A stretch of 64,000 nucleotides of DNA from positions 992,001 through 1,056,000 of the forward strand of contig OZ253564.1 in assembly GCA_965262915.1 (NCBI GenBank), in the 5' to 3' direction. The translations under genes and the position numbers were made by a program. The stretch's first letter is position 1. Every line of letters starts with the position of its first letter. Below the pieces are notes generated by a model. The model was given only the letters and a program-made list of their open reading frames with translations. It was not told the origin of the DNA and did not search any database. Origin of the DNA: Candidatus Spongiisociaceae bacterium. GTDB taxonomy: Bacteria > Actinomycetota > Acidimicrobiia > Spongiisociales > Spongiisociaceae. This document shows positions 39,909 through 49,647 of the stretch, in pieces.

Positions 39909-40937
39909 TCATCCCTGAGGGGAATGGGTCGAGCCTCGGAGCCGCAGAGTTGTGGGCAGCACCACTCGGCGCGGAGGCGCGTCCGCGTCCTCGAGGCGTT
40001 CCAGGGCGAGACGGGCCGCTGAGCTACCGATCTCCGCCACGTCCCGGTCGATCACGGTGATGGGCGGGTTGTGGAGCTCGGACAGGGGGACATCGTCGCA
40101 GCACACCAGGGCGATGTCCTTACCCGGTCGTATACCGCGCCGTCGGAAGGTGCGCAGCACGCCCTCCACTATCTGGTTACTGCCGGCGATCAGGGCGGTG
40201 GGTGGCCACGGCGACCGGAGCAGTTCAACCGTCAGCAACTCTCCGAACCTGGGCGCGAAACCGAGCGGTAGCACCAGATCCTCGGGATATCGAAGTCCGT
40301 ATTCGCGGTAGACCTGCCGGAAGGCCTCGACTCGGTGAATCGATGGTCTGACCTGGAGGGGGCCGGTGAGCAGGGCGATGCGTTCGTGTCCGAACTCGAG
40401 GAGGTGCCGGGTTGCTTCTCTCATTCCGCTGCGGTGATCCGTGGCCACGATGGATGCGCTTTGCAGGGCCTTCACCTCACGGTCGAGCAACACTATCGGG
40501 CCTTGGAACCGTCCTAACTCTTCGAGCACCTTGTGGTGCGTCTCGTCGGCGAGCGAGACGATCAGGGCGTCGACCTGCCTGCGTCGCAGGAGACGGGCCA
40601 TTTCCGCATCCCGATCGGGGTCGCTGCTCGAAGTTGTTATCACCGCCGCGTAACCCTGCCGACTCAGTTCGTCCTGGGCGGCTGTGACTATCGAACCGAA
40701 CAGCGGGTTCCGCAGATCCGGAACGATGAACCCGATGGTCCGGCTGCTACCTCTTCGGAGGCCGGCCGCCAGCAGGTTGGGTTCGTAGCCGAGTTCCGCG
40801 ATCGCCTCGAGTACCCGAGCCCGCATGCTCTCGCTGACATCCGGGTGGTCGTTGAGCACCCGCGACACCGAAGAGAGGGCCACCCCGGCTCACCGGGCGA
40901 CTTCCTTGATGGTGGGTCTCGCTCCGGGCGGCGTCAT
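39909..40937 (-). pseudogene. LacI-family regulator with a nonsense codon in the HTH
   Basis: MTPPGARPTIKEVAR*AGVALSSVSRVLN; TGA at 40890-40892; the rest is an intact LacI. Confidence 0.8.
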
Positions 40938-41049
40938 GCGGTTCCCTTCACCACCTGATCTTGGGTGGATGGCCGGGGACCGACGGCAAGCCAGGGACAC
41001 GGGCGTATATGGCCAGGCATTCTACGATCCGGCAGACCTCTTCGGTCAT

Positions 41050-41078
41050 TGCTATGATATATACATAATAGATATGTG
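41050..41078. promoter_or_regulatory. AT-rich mazEF promoter/operator
   Basis: ATGATATATACATAATAGATATGT imperfect palindrome upstream of mazE. Confidence 0.5.
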
Positions 41079-41094
41079 AGGGGAGGTAACTCTC

Positions 41095-41334
41095 ATGGGG
41101 GCGCGCTCGCACGTTGCCAAGTGGGGTAGCAGCCTGGCTGTCCGGATTCCCAAGCCCATCGCAGAGCAATGGGGCGTTCGCGAGGGCTCGGCGATCGAGA
41201 TCGTCCCGCGTGGTGACCAAGTGGTCCTGACCAGGAGATCCCACAGCCTAGCCGAAATGATGGCTCGCGTGACCCCCGACAACCTCCACTCCGCACTCGA
41301 TACCGGTCCTCCCGTAGGCGAGGAAGGATGGTAG
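41095..41334 (+). CDS. mazE: AbrB/MazE antitoxin
   Basis: KWGSSLAVRIPK...SLAEMMARVTPDNLH...TGPPVGEE. Confidence 0.9.
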   Translation: MGARSHVAKWGSSLAVRIPKPIAEQWGVREGSAIEIVPRGDQVVLTRRSHSLAEMMARVTPDNLHSALDTGPPVGEEGW

Positions 41335-41672
41335 AGAGGTGCTACGTTCCTGACCGGGGTAACATCGTCTGGCTGTCGTTCACGCCCCAGGTCGGACACG
41401 AACAGGCGGGCTATCGTCCTGCGTTGGTCCTGAGCCCACGGACCTACAACGAGAAGACCAGCCTGGCGCTGTTCTGTCCGATCACTTCCAAGGCTAAGGG
41501 GTATCCCTTCGAGGTCTCCCTTCCCGCCGCAACCAGCATCACCGGCGTGATCCTGTCCGACCAGATCAAGAGCCTGGACTGGCGAGCGCGACACGCCCGG
41601 TTCGCGTGTCAGGCCCCGTCCAAGGTAGTGGGCGAGGTCTTGGACAAGCTGGCCGTCTTACTGGAACCCTGA
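41328..41672 (+). CDS. mazF: MazF endoribonuclease toxin
   Basis: YVPDRG.IVWLSF.PQVGHEQAGYRPALVLSP..YN...CPITS..KGYPFEV...DQIKSLDW. Confidence 0.93.
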   Translation: MVERCYVPDRGNIVWLSFTPQVGHEQAGYRPALVLSPRTYNEKTSLALFCPITSKAKGYPFEVSLPAATSITGVILSDQIKSLDWRARHARFACQAPSKVVGEVLDKLAVLLEP

Positions 41673-41678
41673 TCCCTC

Positions 41679-42376
41679 CTAGGTCATCACCCAACCGCCG
41701 TTTACGTCGATGGTGGCGCCGGTCACGAAGGAGGCTCCGTCGCCGGCCAGGAAGGCCACCACACTAGCGATCTCCTCGGGTTGGGAGGACCTTCCCAGCG
41801 GGATCTGGCTGGTGTACAGGGCCCTGAGGTCATCGGGAACGTGGCTGGTCATGAAGCTCTCCACGAACCCGGGCGCCACTGCGTTGGCGGTCACACCGTA
41901 CGGTCCGTAGTTGCGGGCGAAGTTCTTGGTCAAGGAGATCATGGCCGCCCTGGTGGCGTTGTACACCGCCGAATCCGATACCCCACCGGTGCGGGCGCCG
42001 ACGCTGGATATGTTGACGATGCGGCCCCAACCGCGCTCCTTCATGCCCTCGACGAGGCCTCGGCAGATCAGGAAGTTGGCCCGCAGGTTCACCGCGATGG
42101 TGTAGTCGAAGTCGTCGACCGTGAACTCGGGAATCGGCTTGTGGAAGAAGATGGCCGCGTTGTTGACCACCACGTCCACCTCACCCACCTCGGCGACCAG
42201 GCGCTCGCACTCCGACGGCTCCGACAGGTCGATCTCTCGATGTAGCGATCGGCGTCGTCGTGCTCGTGCTCGATGATGTCGGCGCCGATGACCGCCAGAC
42301 CCTCGTTCTTGAGCGCCCTGCAGATGGCCGCGCCTATCCCGCGGGCCGATCCTGTAACGAGTGCCGTTCTGGTCAT
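41679..42376 (-). pseudogene. SDR (FabG-like) oxidoreductase, frameshifted
   Basis: ALVTGSARGIG in one frame and VVNNAA/YNATR/NAVAPG in another; shift in a GA dinucleotide run at ~42233-42238. Confidence 0.8.
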
Positions 42377-42419
42377 TCCGCCTTCACCTCCAGTACGACG
42401 CCCACGGCGAGGACTCCGG

Positions 42420-43322
42420 CGGGAGCACCACCGTCCTGTTGCCGGTGACAGCCCCCAAGCGGACGGGATCAAAGTACTGGCCCGGGCCCACCAAGACCTG
42501 ATCTGGGCCCGAACCCGTCTCACCAACCAGGTACGCAACGCTCTACGCGAGTACTACCCCGCAGCCCGGGAAACCTTCGACGACCTGGCAGATCGCGATA
42601 CGTTGGCGATACTGGGCCGGGCACCCACCCCCACGGTGGGCGCCCGCCTGACCCTGCCTCAGATCCGCGCAGCTCTCAAAGCGGGCGGACGGCGGAGATA
42701 CCTCGACCAGCGAGCCCGCCAAATCCAGGAGGGTTTACGCACCGCCCACCTCGCCGCACCCGACGCGGTCGTCGCCGCGTACGCGTCGACCGTGGCAGCG
42801 TTGGTACGGGTCATTGCCGAAACCAACCGCCAGATCGGCGAACTCGAAGCAGCGCTCGCTGCCTGTTTTGAACAGCACGCGGACGCCGCTATCTACCTGT
42901 CTCAGCCAGGACTCGGCAAAGTGCTCGGCGCCCGGGCGCTCGGCGAGTTCGGGGACGACCCCCACCATTACACCAGCGCCAAGTCACCCAGGAACTACAC
43001 CGGGACGTCGCCCATAACCGTGGCATCCGGCCGCAAACACACGGTCATGGCTCGTCACGTACGCAACCGGCGCCTATACGACGCCATAGACCAGTGGGCG
43101 TTCTGTTCCCTCACCAACAGTGCAGGCACCCGCGCCTTCTGCGACCAGCGACGAGCAGCCGGCGACCTCCACCACCAAGCCCTAAGAGCCCTAGCCAACC
43201 GCCTCGTCGGCATCCTCCACGGCTGTCTCAAACACCAAACCCCCTACAACGAACACACCGCCTGGCACACGGAACCATCCCCGACAAAGCCGCAGCTTGA
43301 CAATTACGCTCCTGGGCAGTCT
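42420..43322 (+). mobile_element. IS110-family element, 5'-truncated (C-terminal transposase pseudogene plus right end)
   Basis: HRPVAGDS, VLARAHQ, LREYYP, SQPGLG..LGARALGEFGDD, GTSPITVASG; end GCTTGACAA...TGGGCAGTCT. Confidence 0.85.
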
Positions 43323-43424
43323 AGAAGGGTGCTGAAAACCCCCCGTTGGGCCGGCGGTCGATGACAAATGCCACGTCTGCGGACGATGGGCCAACCAATT
43401 ACCCGTTTCTTGGCATTCTCCTAC
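43321..43424. mobile_element. MITE-like element, family A, diverged copy 3
   Basis: CTAGAAGGGTGCTGAAAACCCC...TTTCTTGGCATTCTCCTAC resembles the ends of copies 1 and 2. Confidence 0.55.
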
Positions 43425-43510
43425 GAGCGCCGTTCGTTTGACCACAAGCCCTCGCCTTGCATATGATTGCAGACACCTTCCATGCAAGTGTTATACAAGG
43501 GGGGTCCGGC

Positions 43511-44647
43511 TTGGCCTTGTTCCCGCTCATCCACATCGCAGGTCCACCTCGCCAGCGCGGGCTGATGTACGGGGAAGCCGCGGCGCCTCAGATCCACCAC
43601 TCGATGACCTTCTACTCCGAATCCGTGATTCCGGCGCTCGGTCTCACCTGGGGTCGGATCTGCGATCATGTTTCGTTGCGCATTCCTCAGTGGGCTGCAG
43701 AGGATCCTGATCTCTTCGAGGAGATCGACGGCATCGCGGCGGGTTGCGGGCTTGAGGTAACTGAGGTCGTGTCCCTGAACACCAGGGCGTCGTTCAGGCA
43801 GATGAGCTCGCAGGCCGACGAGGCACGCGTGACCGGCGAGGGGTGCACGAGCTTCGCAGTGCTTCCGAGCGCCAGCCGGGACGGGCATATGATCACCGGT
43901 CAGAATTGGGACTACCTCGACGGCATAGGGCCATCGATCGTCCTCCTTCACATCACGCCCGAAAGCGGCCCGGCGATCCTGATGATCGTCGAAGCGGGCC
44001 AGCTCGGACGGCACGGGGCCAATGCGGCCGGGATCGCCCTTCATGCCAACGGCCTTTCGTCGCGTCTTCTCGACCCGCGGGGCCTCCCGTCGCCGCTCTG
44101 GCGGCGCCAGATCATGAGGGAGGGCGGCATCGTCAAGGCTCTCGGCGCCACTACAGCAACGCCGAGAGAAGGATCGACGAACATCGTCATCAGTCACCGG
44201 GATGGATTCGCTGTCAATTTCGAGACGTGGACACAGACCGCACGCTGGTATCACCCTGAGAACGGGTGGCTGGTGCACACCAACCACTATCTGGCCGAGA
44301 TCCCACCGGAGATCGCGGCTACCTACCGGCCGTCACCCGATTCGATCCTGCGCTACGGCCGGGCTCGTCAGTTGATGGACGAGGCCGCCCGCATCGGTGT
44401 GACCGTCAGCGATCTGAAAGCCATGTTGCGCGATCACTTCGGAGACGGCAGGGGGATCTGCTCGCACGCCGTCGCCGCCAAGGGGCCACATGAGCGATGG
44501 GAGACCGTTGCCGCGGTCATCACCGATCTTACGACCGGCGTCATGTCGGTGGCCGCGGGACCTCCGTGCTCGCATGAATTCACCCGGCTTGACATAGCGA
44601 CGGGCACCGTCTTGGAGGCGGCGCGTGCCACGATGGTCGCGAGTTGA
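43511..44647 (+). CDS. C45-family autoproteolytic acyltransferase/hydrolase (Ntn fold)
   Basis: EEIDGIA.G, GEG|CTSFA, GQNWD, GANAAGIA, LVHTNHY, DSILRY.R. Confidence 0.88.
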   Translation: MALFPLIHIAGPPRQRGLMYGEAAAPQIHHSMTFYSESVIPALGLTWGRICDHVSLRIPQWAAEDPDLFEEIDGIAAGCGLEVTEVVSLNTRASFRQMSSQADEARVTGEGCTSFAVLPSASRDGHMITGQNWDYLDGIGPSIVLLHITPESGPAILMIVEAGQLGRHGANAAGIALHANGLSSRLLDPRGLPSPLWRRQIMREGGIVKALGATTATPREGSTNIVISHRDGFAVNFETWTQTARWYHPENGWLVHTNHYLAEIPPEIAATYRPSPDSILRYGRARQLMDEAARIGVTVSDLKAMLRDHFGDGRGICSHAVAAKGPHERWETVAAVITDLTTGVMSVAAGPPCSHEFTRLDIATGTVLEAARATMVAS

Positions 44648-44732
44648 TGCCGCAGACAGAGATCCGGCCGGCCTCGAGGCCGGAGTAGTTCGCCCACGGA
44701 CCGAAGGTCCGGCAAAGGAGGAGGGTAGGCAA

Positions 44733-45875
44733 ATGAATCGCAAACGAAGGACCGGGGTTTGGCGGGTGTTCGGCGCGCTGGCGGCCCTTGTGCTACTGGT
44801 AGCCGCATGCGGCGACGACGCGCCGGTGGCGACACAGGCGGCACCGCCGCCCGAGACGGTGGTCGTGACGTCGATCGTGGAGGTTCCCGGCGAGACGGAG
44901 GTCGTCACGTCGATCGTCACCGAGGTCGTCACGGAGGTCGTCACGGAGGTCGTCACGGAGACGGTGGTCGTGACGTCGATCGTGGAGGTGACGCCGACAA
45001 CGGTGATCGGACAGCGCACGTTCGACGTCGGTTACGGTCCGACCACTGTCGACGGCATTCCCCAGCGCGTCTACACCTGGGGTCTCCAGCAGACCGAGAC
45101 GCTTTCGGTGCTCGGGATCGAGCCGGTCGCCTACACCACGAGGGGCGACTCGCCGATGCCGTTTTGGTTCAATACCGAGTGGACAGAGACGACGCCGCTG
45201 GCCCAGCCACCGGCTCTGGAACTCGTCGTGGCTCTCGAACCGGACTTCATCCTGTCGAATGAGAGCAACGACGTGTCGGCGATGCGGGACGTGGCGCCGG
45301 TGCTGCGCATGCGCGCCAACTCGTATGGAGAGTCCATGTCGCAACTGCGCACCGTCGGCGAGATCTTCGGTCTCGAAGATGTGGCACAGGCATTCATCGA
45401 CGGGTTCTACGAGGAGTTGAACGAGACGATCGCGGCCATCGAGGGGCGCGATCCGGTCACCGTCATGGTGGTGTATCCGGGTCTTGAGCCCGGCATTCTC
45501 GGCATGTGGATGGACACCTCGTTCACCGGCTCGCTGGTGAACGCTCTTGGCACGGAGTACGCGTTGACGGGCAGGACACTGACCGTCGGCGATCTCGGCG
45601 GCCGCAACTTGGAGTTCTCCACGAGGTACGGGCTCGTCCAGCTCGGGCTGGAGAAGATCATCGAGTTGGATCCTGAGGTTCTGTTCGTGCTGGGAACCGA
45701 GTCGTTCCTCGCCGATCTTGGTGATAACGCGGTGTGGTCGGCGATCTCCGCGGTTGCCAACGGCGAGGTGCATCTGTTCGACCGCGACCTTTGGAGCAGG
45801 TCGAGGGGACCACTCGCGGCGCTCATCATGCTGCGCGAAGCGAGAGCGGCGCTATATCCCGACCTGTTCTCGTAG
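44733..45875 (+). CDS. Fe-siderophore ABC transporter substrate-binding lipoprotein
   Basis: Lipobox LVAAC; PQRV, LGIEPVA, LELVVALEPDFI, LEKIIELDPEVL, W.AISAVANGEVH. Confidence 0.85.
   Translation: MNRKRRTGVWRVFGALAALVLLVAACGDDAPVATQAAPPPETVVVTSIVEVPGETEVVTSIVTEVVTEVVTEVVTETVVVTSIVEVTPTTVIGQRTFDVGYGPTTVDGIPQRVYTWGLQQTETLSVLGIEPVAYTTRGDSPMPFWFNTEWTETTPLAQPPALELVVALEPDFILSNESNDVSAMRDVAPVLRMRANSYGESMSQLRTVGEIFGLEDVAQAFIDGFYEELNETIAAIEGRDPVTVMVVYPGLEPGILGMWMDTSFTGSLVNALGTEYALTGRTLTVGDLGGRNLEFSTRYGLVQLGLEKIIELDPEVLFVLGTESFLADLGDNAVWSAISAVANGEVHLFDRDLWSRSRGPLAALIMLREARAALYPDLFS
44853..44990 (+). repeat. Coding repeat encoding ETVVVTSIVEV / (VVTE)n
   Basis: GAGACGGTGGTCGTGACGTCGATCGTGGAGG twice, flanking 12-bp GTCACGGAGGTC-type repeats. 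Confidence 0.85.
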
Positions 45876-45889
45876 GGAGCCTGCCAGGC

Positions 45890-46058
45890 CTAGTGGTCTG
45901 TCTGCAGAATGATTCGCCGTGCCCTGCTTGCCGTCGACGCCCCTAGCTGCGTTCCGCCTCCTCGACGTACCGCTGTGGGTACGCCGTCGTCGGCGGGCCT
46001 TGCGAGCAACGCCGCTGTCGGCGCACGCCACGACACCATTTCACAGCCAGACCACTAG
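45890..46058. mobile_element. MITE-like element, family B
   Basis: CTAGTGGTCTGTCTGCAGAATG ... CATTTCACAGCCAGACCACTAG (18/22 inverted match, CTAG at both ends). Confidence 0.7.
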
Positions 46059-46064
46059 CGTGAC

Positions 46065-47126
46065 TTGGCCTCATCCAGCTACGGCTCGGTCACCGACCAA
46101 ACCGTGATCCCGGCAGTCGAAGCTGAGCCGCAGCCTCACCGCGGGCTGCGGCTCAGCAGGATTGCGCTGTTCGCGCTCATCGGCCTTGCGGCTCTGGCAC
46201 TGGGCCTGGCGGCTGACACTCGCTTCGGAATCGTCGACATGTCGCTCGATCAGGTGGCGAGGGCGCTGTTGTCCGACGACGGCTCGCGGGAGCGGATCAT
46301 CATCTGGGAGTTGCGGTTTCCCAGGGCGCTGACCGCGGCGCTCGTGGGGGCCTCGCTCGCCGTCGCCGGGGCGATCATGCAGGCGGTCACGAGGAACCCG
46401 CTGGCGTCTCCGTCGCTCACGGGGGTGTCCGCCGGTGCGGGGCTCGCAGTGGTGGCGAGTATCGTCATCGCTCCCGACCGTCCTCTCGGCCTCACGCCGA
46501 TCATCGCCCTGGCCGGGGGGCTTGCCGCAGGGTCGGTGGTGTTCGCTCTCGCCAACCGGTCACTGGTCACACCCACCCGTCTCGCCCTCGCCGGTATTGC
46601 GACGGCGACCCTGTTGTTGGCGCTGACCACGGGGCTTCTGCTGATGAATCACGACACCGTGGGCACGGTCTACTTCTGGCTTGCAGGCGGTGTGGCCGGC
46701 CGGGGGTGGCAGCACGTGGAGTTGATCGCCCCCTGGTTCCTGATCGGTGCCGCGGCGGCCCTGCTGATGGCCCGCCAGCTTGACATCCTCCTTCTCGGCG
46801 AGGACGTGGCCCGCAGCCTCGGTGTAGCCACGGGCCGGATCCGGGCAGCCCTCATGCTTGTGGCGATCTTCCTCACGGGTGCGGCCGTGGCCGTGGCGGG
46901 CCCGATCGGCTTCGTCGGCCTTATCGCGCCCCATGTCGTCCGCTTCATGGTCGGCCCGTCACACCGGGCTCTGCTGCCGTTGAGTGCGCTCTTCGGTGCG
47001 ACGCTGGTGGTGTGGGCGGATGTGGCGGCCCGATTCGTGCGACAGCCTCTTGAGATCCCGGTCGGAGTCCTGATCGCCTTGATCGGAGGGCCCTTCTTTC
47101 TCGCCCTCGCCAGGAGGAACGCGTGA
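46065..47126 (+). CDS. FecCD-family iron ABC permease
   Basis: LRFPRAL, QAVTRNPLASP..TGVSAGA, GEDVARSLG, GPIGFVGLIAPH. Confidence 0.92.
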   Translation: MASSSYGSVTDQTVIPAVEAEPQPHRGLRLSRIALFALIGLAALALGLAADTRFGIVDMSLDQVARALLSDDGSRERIIIWELRFPRALTAALVGASLAVAGAIMQAVTRNPLASPSLTGVSAGAGLAVVASIVIAPDRPLGLTPIIALAGGLAAGSVVFALANRSLVTPTRLALAGIATATLLLALTTGLLLMNHDTVGTVYFWLAGGVAGRGWQHVELIAPWFLIGAAAALLMARQLDILLLGEDVARSLGVATGRIRAALMLVAIFLTGAAVAVAGPIGFVGLIAPHVVRFMVGPSHRALLPLSALFGATLVVWADVAARFVRQPLEIPVGVLIALIGGPFFLALARRNA

Positions 47127-48148
47127 GCGTGTCTGGCGTCCCCGCGTCGCGCAGCCGCCATGCCGTGATCGTTACAGCAGCGTCGGCGTTGGCGCTGGTC
47201 CTGCTCGTCGTGGCGAGCGCGTTCATCGGTCAGGCAGACGTCGCTCCGTCAATTGTGTTCCGTGCTTTCTGGACCGCCGACGATGCGCTGGCGAGGACGA
47301 TACTTTTCGACTTCCGGCTGCCCAGGATCGTCCTGGCGGTCCTCGTCGGGTCCCAGCTCGCCGTCTCGGGAGCGCTCCTGCAGGGAGTGACGCGCAACGC
47401 GCTGGCGTCACCCGACATCATCGGCGTCACCGCCGGGGCCGGCCTCGTCGCCGTGGTGATGATCCTCGCCGTGCCGGGTGCGCCGTTGGCGGCCGTTCCC
47501 TTCGCGGCGCTGTTCGGAGGGGCGGGTACGGGGGCTCTCGTGTATGCCCTGGCCTGGAAGAAGGGAGTGTCGCCCGAGCGGCTCGCACTCACTGGCATCG
47601 CGGTGACCGCCGTCGCCCAGGCGGGGGTGACCGCCATCGTGACGCTGTTCGTCGAGAACAACGATGTCCTCTTGGCGCTGCAGTGGCTGTCCGGTTCGCT
47701 GTACGGGAAGCAGTGGGATCCGGTGCTGCTCGTCCTTCCCTGGTCCGTTGTCGGGCTGACCCTGGCCTTCGTGCTCTCGCACAAGGTCGACGTGCTGCTG
47801 CTGGGGGAGGAGGCGGCGACCGGGCTCGGCATGAGGGTGCAACTGGCGCGCATCGCCCTTGTCGGCACAGCGGTGGCCCTGGCCGCGTCTGCGGTGGCGG
47901 TCGTCGGAACCATTGCCTTTGTCGGCCTGATCGTGCCCCACGCGGTGCGGATCCTGGTCGGTTCCAGGCATCGGGTCGTCGTCCCTCTGTCCGCGATACT
48001 GGGTGCTGCGCTCGTCCTGGTCTCGGACAACCTCGCCCGTTCCGCCTTCGAGACGAGGGAGTTTCCGGCAGGAATTCTGACGGCGGTGTTGGGCGCTCCC
48101 TATTTCATATATCTGATCACGCGACGGAAGACGAGGATCTCTGTGTAA
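47123..48148 (+). CDS. FecCD-family iron ABC permease
   Basis: FRLPRI, QGVTRNALASPDIIG, GEEAATGLG, FVGLIVPH. Confidence 0.92.
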   Translation: MSVSGVPASRSRHAVIVTAASALALVLLVVASAFIGQADVAPSIVFRAFWTADDALARTILFDFRLPRIVLAVLVGSQLAVSGALLQGVTRNALASPDIIGVTAGAGLVAVVMILAVPGAPLAAVPFAALFGGAGTGALVYALAWKKGVSPERLALTGIAVTAVAQAGVTAIVTLFVENNDVLLALQWLSGSLYGKQWDPVLLVLPWSVVGLTLAFVLSHKVDVLLLGEEAATGLGMRVQLARIALVGTAVALAASAVAVVGTIAFVGLIVPHAVRILVGSRHRVVVPLSAILGAALVLVSDNLARSAFETREFPAGILTAVLGAPYFIYLITRRKTRISV

Positions 48149-48990
48149 TGGAAGCTCGAGCGACCACCAACGACGACGCCCGGTCGGGGCACAGCCTGCG
48201 CACCGCGGGAGTCGATCTCGGATACGACTTCGTCGTCGTCCGCGATCTGGACCTGGACATCGACATGGGTGCGATCACCTCCATCGTCGGTCCGAACGGG
48301 TGCGGGAAGTCGACGACGCTGCGGGCCCTGTCGCGATTGCTGAAGCCGATGCGCGGCGTCGTCTATCTCGACGGAAAGCTGATCGCGCAGTATCCGACGA
48401 AGGAGGTGGCCCGTCGGCTGGCCATGCTGCCGCAGGGGCCTTCGACCCCGGAAGGTCTCACCGTCGAGGATCTCGTCTGGCACGGCCGTTACCCGCACCA
48501 GGGGTTCCTCGGCTCGAAGACGGCCGACGACGCCGAAGCGGTCGAATGGGCTCTCGAGCAAACCCGGCTCGTCGACTTCACCGACCGGCAGTTGGACTCC
48601 CTGTCCGGCGGTGAGCGCCAGCGGGCCTGGGTGGCTATGGCCCTCGCCCAGCAGACCCCGATTCTGCTGCTCGACGAGCCGACTACGTTTCTGGACCTCG
48701 GCCACCAACTCGAGGTCCTCGAGTTGCTCCAGACCCTGAACACCGGCTCCGGCATTACGATCGTGATGGTGCTGCACGAACTCAATCAGGCATCGAGGTA
48801 TTCGGATACCATGATCGCCATGAGCGCCGGTGAGATATGGGCCCGCGGTACCCCGGCCGAGGTTCTCACCGAGACACTCCTTCGAGAGGTGTTCGGCGTC
48901 GATGCAGCGGTGTCGATCGATCCGAGGTTCAACAAGCCGGTTTTTGTTGCTCTGGGCCGCGCCGACAGCCGCGGGGAGGCTTCGGAATGA
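48148..48990 (+). CDS. Iron-siderophore ABC ATP-binding protein (FecE/FhuC-like)
   Basis: GPNGCGKST, LSGGERQRAW, LLLDEPTTFLD, MVLHELN. Confidence 0.92.
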   Translation: MEARATTNDDARSGHSLRTAGVDLGYDFVVVRDLDLDIDMGAITSIVGPNGCGKSTTLRALSRLLKPMRGVVYLDGKLIAQYPTKEVARRLAMLPQGPSTPEGLTVEDLVWHGRYPHQGFLGSKTADDAEAVEWALEQTRLVDFTDRQLDSLSGGERQRAWVAMALAQQTPILLLDEPTTFLDLGHQLEVLELLQTLNTGSGITIVMVLHELNQASRYSDTMIAMSAGEIWARGTPAEVLTETLLREVFGVDAAVSIDPRFNKPVFVALGRADSRGEASE

Positions 48991-49622
48991 CCGCTCCCGG
49001 CCCGAGTTCCCAACGGCCTCCAAGCCTCCGCATCATCGCTTACGAAGCAATAAAAGGTCGCATCCTCAAGGGTGGGCTCCTACCCGGCGACGCGCTGCCG
49101 GCATCTGAGTGGGCGGAGGCACTCGGAATCTCACGAACCCCCGTACGGGAGGCGATTCAGCTCCTCGCTCAGGAAGGCCTCGTCGAGGTGTTTCCGAAGA
49201 GGAGCACCTTCGTTGCGCGCCTCTCGGTGCGCGATGTGCGGGAAAGCTTCGAGATTCGCCAGGCGATCGAAGGGTTTGCCGCCAGGCTGGCGGCAAAGCG
49301 GCGCACCGAGGACCACGTCGCCGCGATGCGCACTGCCCTGACCGAACCGGCGGACGACAGTTACGACAGCGGCGTCGACTTCCACACGCTGGTTGTCCAG
49401 GCCGCCGACAATCCCTACCTCGAGCAGGCCTTCGCCTCAGCGGAGGGCCGCATAGAACTTGCCAGCCGGCTGGCTTCGACCGCAACGAGCCACCACGGCA
49501 GCGACTCGACACATGAGGTGATCTTTGCCGCCATCGAGGCCGGTGATGGAGACGAGGCCGAAGCCGCGATGCGCCGCCATCTTACCGAGCACTCCGACCA
49601 TCTGATCCGACAGCTGATCTGA
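48987..49622 (+). CDS. GntR-family (FCD) regulator
   Basis: LGISRTPVREAI..L..EGLV, FHTLV..AADNPYL, MRRHL. Confidence 0.9.
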   Translation: MTAPGPSSQRPPSLRIIAYEAIKGRILKGGLLPGDALPASEWAEALGISRTPVREAIQLLAQEGLVEVFPKRSTFVARLSVRDVRESFEIRQAIEGFAARLAAKRRTEDHVAAMRTALTEPADDSYDSGVDFHTLVVQAADNPYLEQAFASAEGRIELASRLASTATSHHGSDSTHEVIFAAIEAGDGDEAEAAMRRHLTEHSDHLIRQLI

Positions 49623-49647
49623 CCGGCAGCCTACGGTCCAGGAGTGA

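Noticed and set aside
40890-40892. In-frame TGA in LacI read as selenocysteine
   Set aside because: The position is not a Cys site in the HTH, no SECIS is evident, and CGA>TGA nonsense is simpler.
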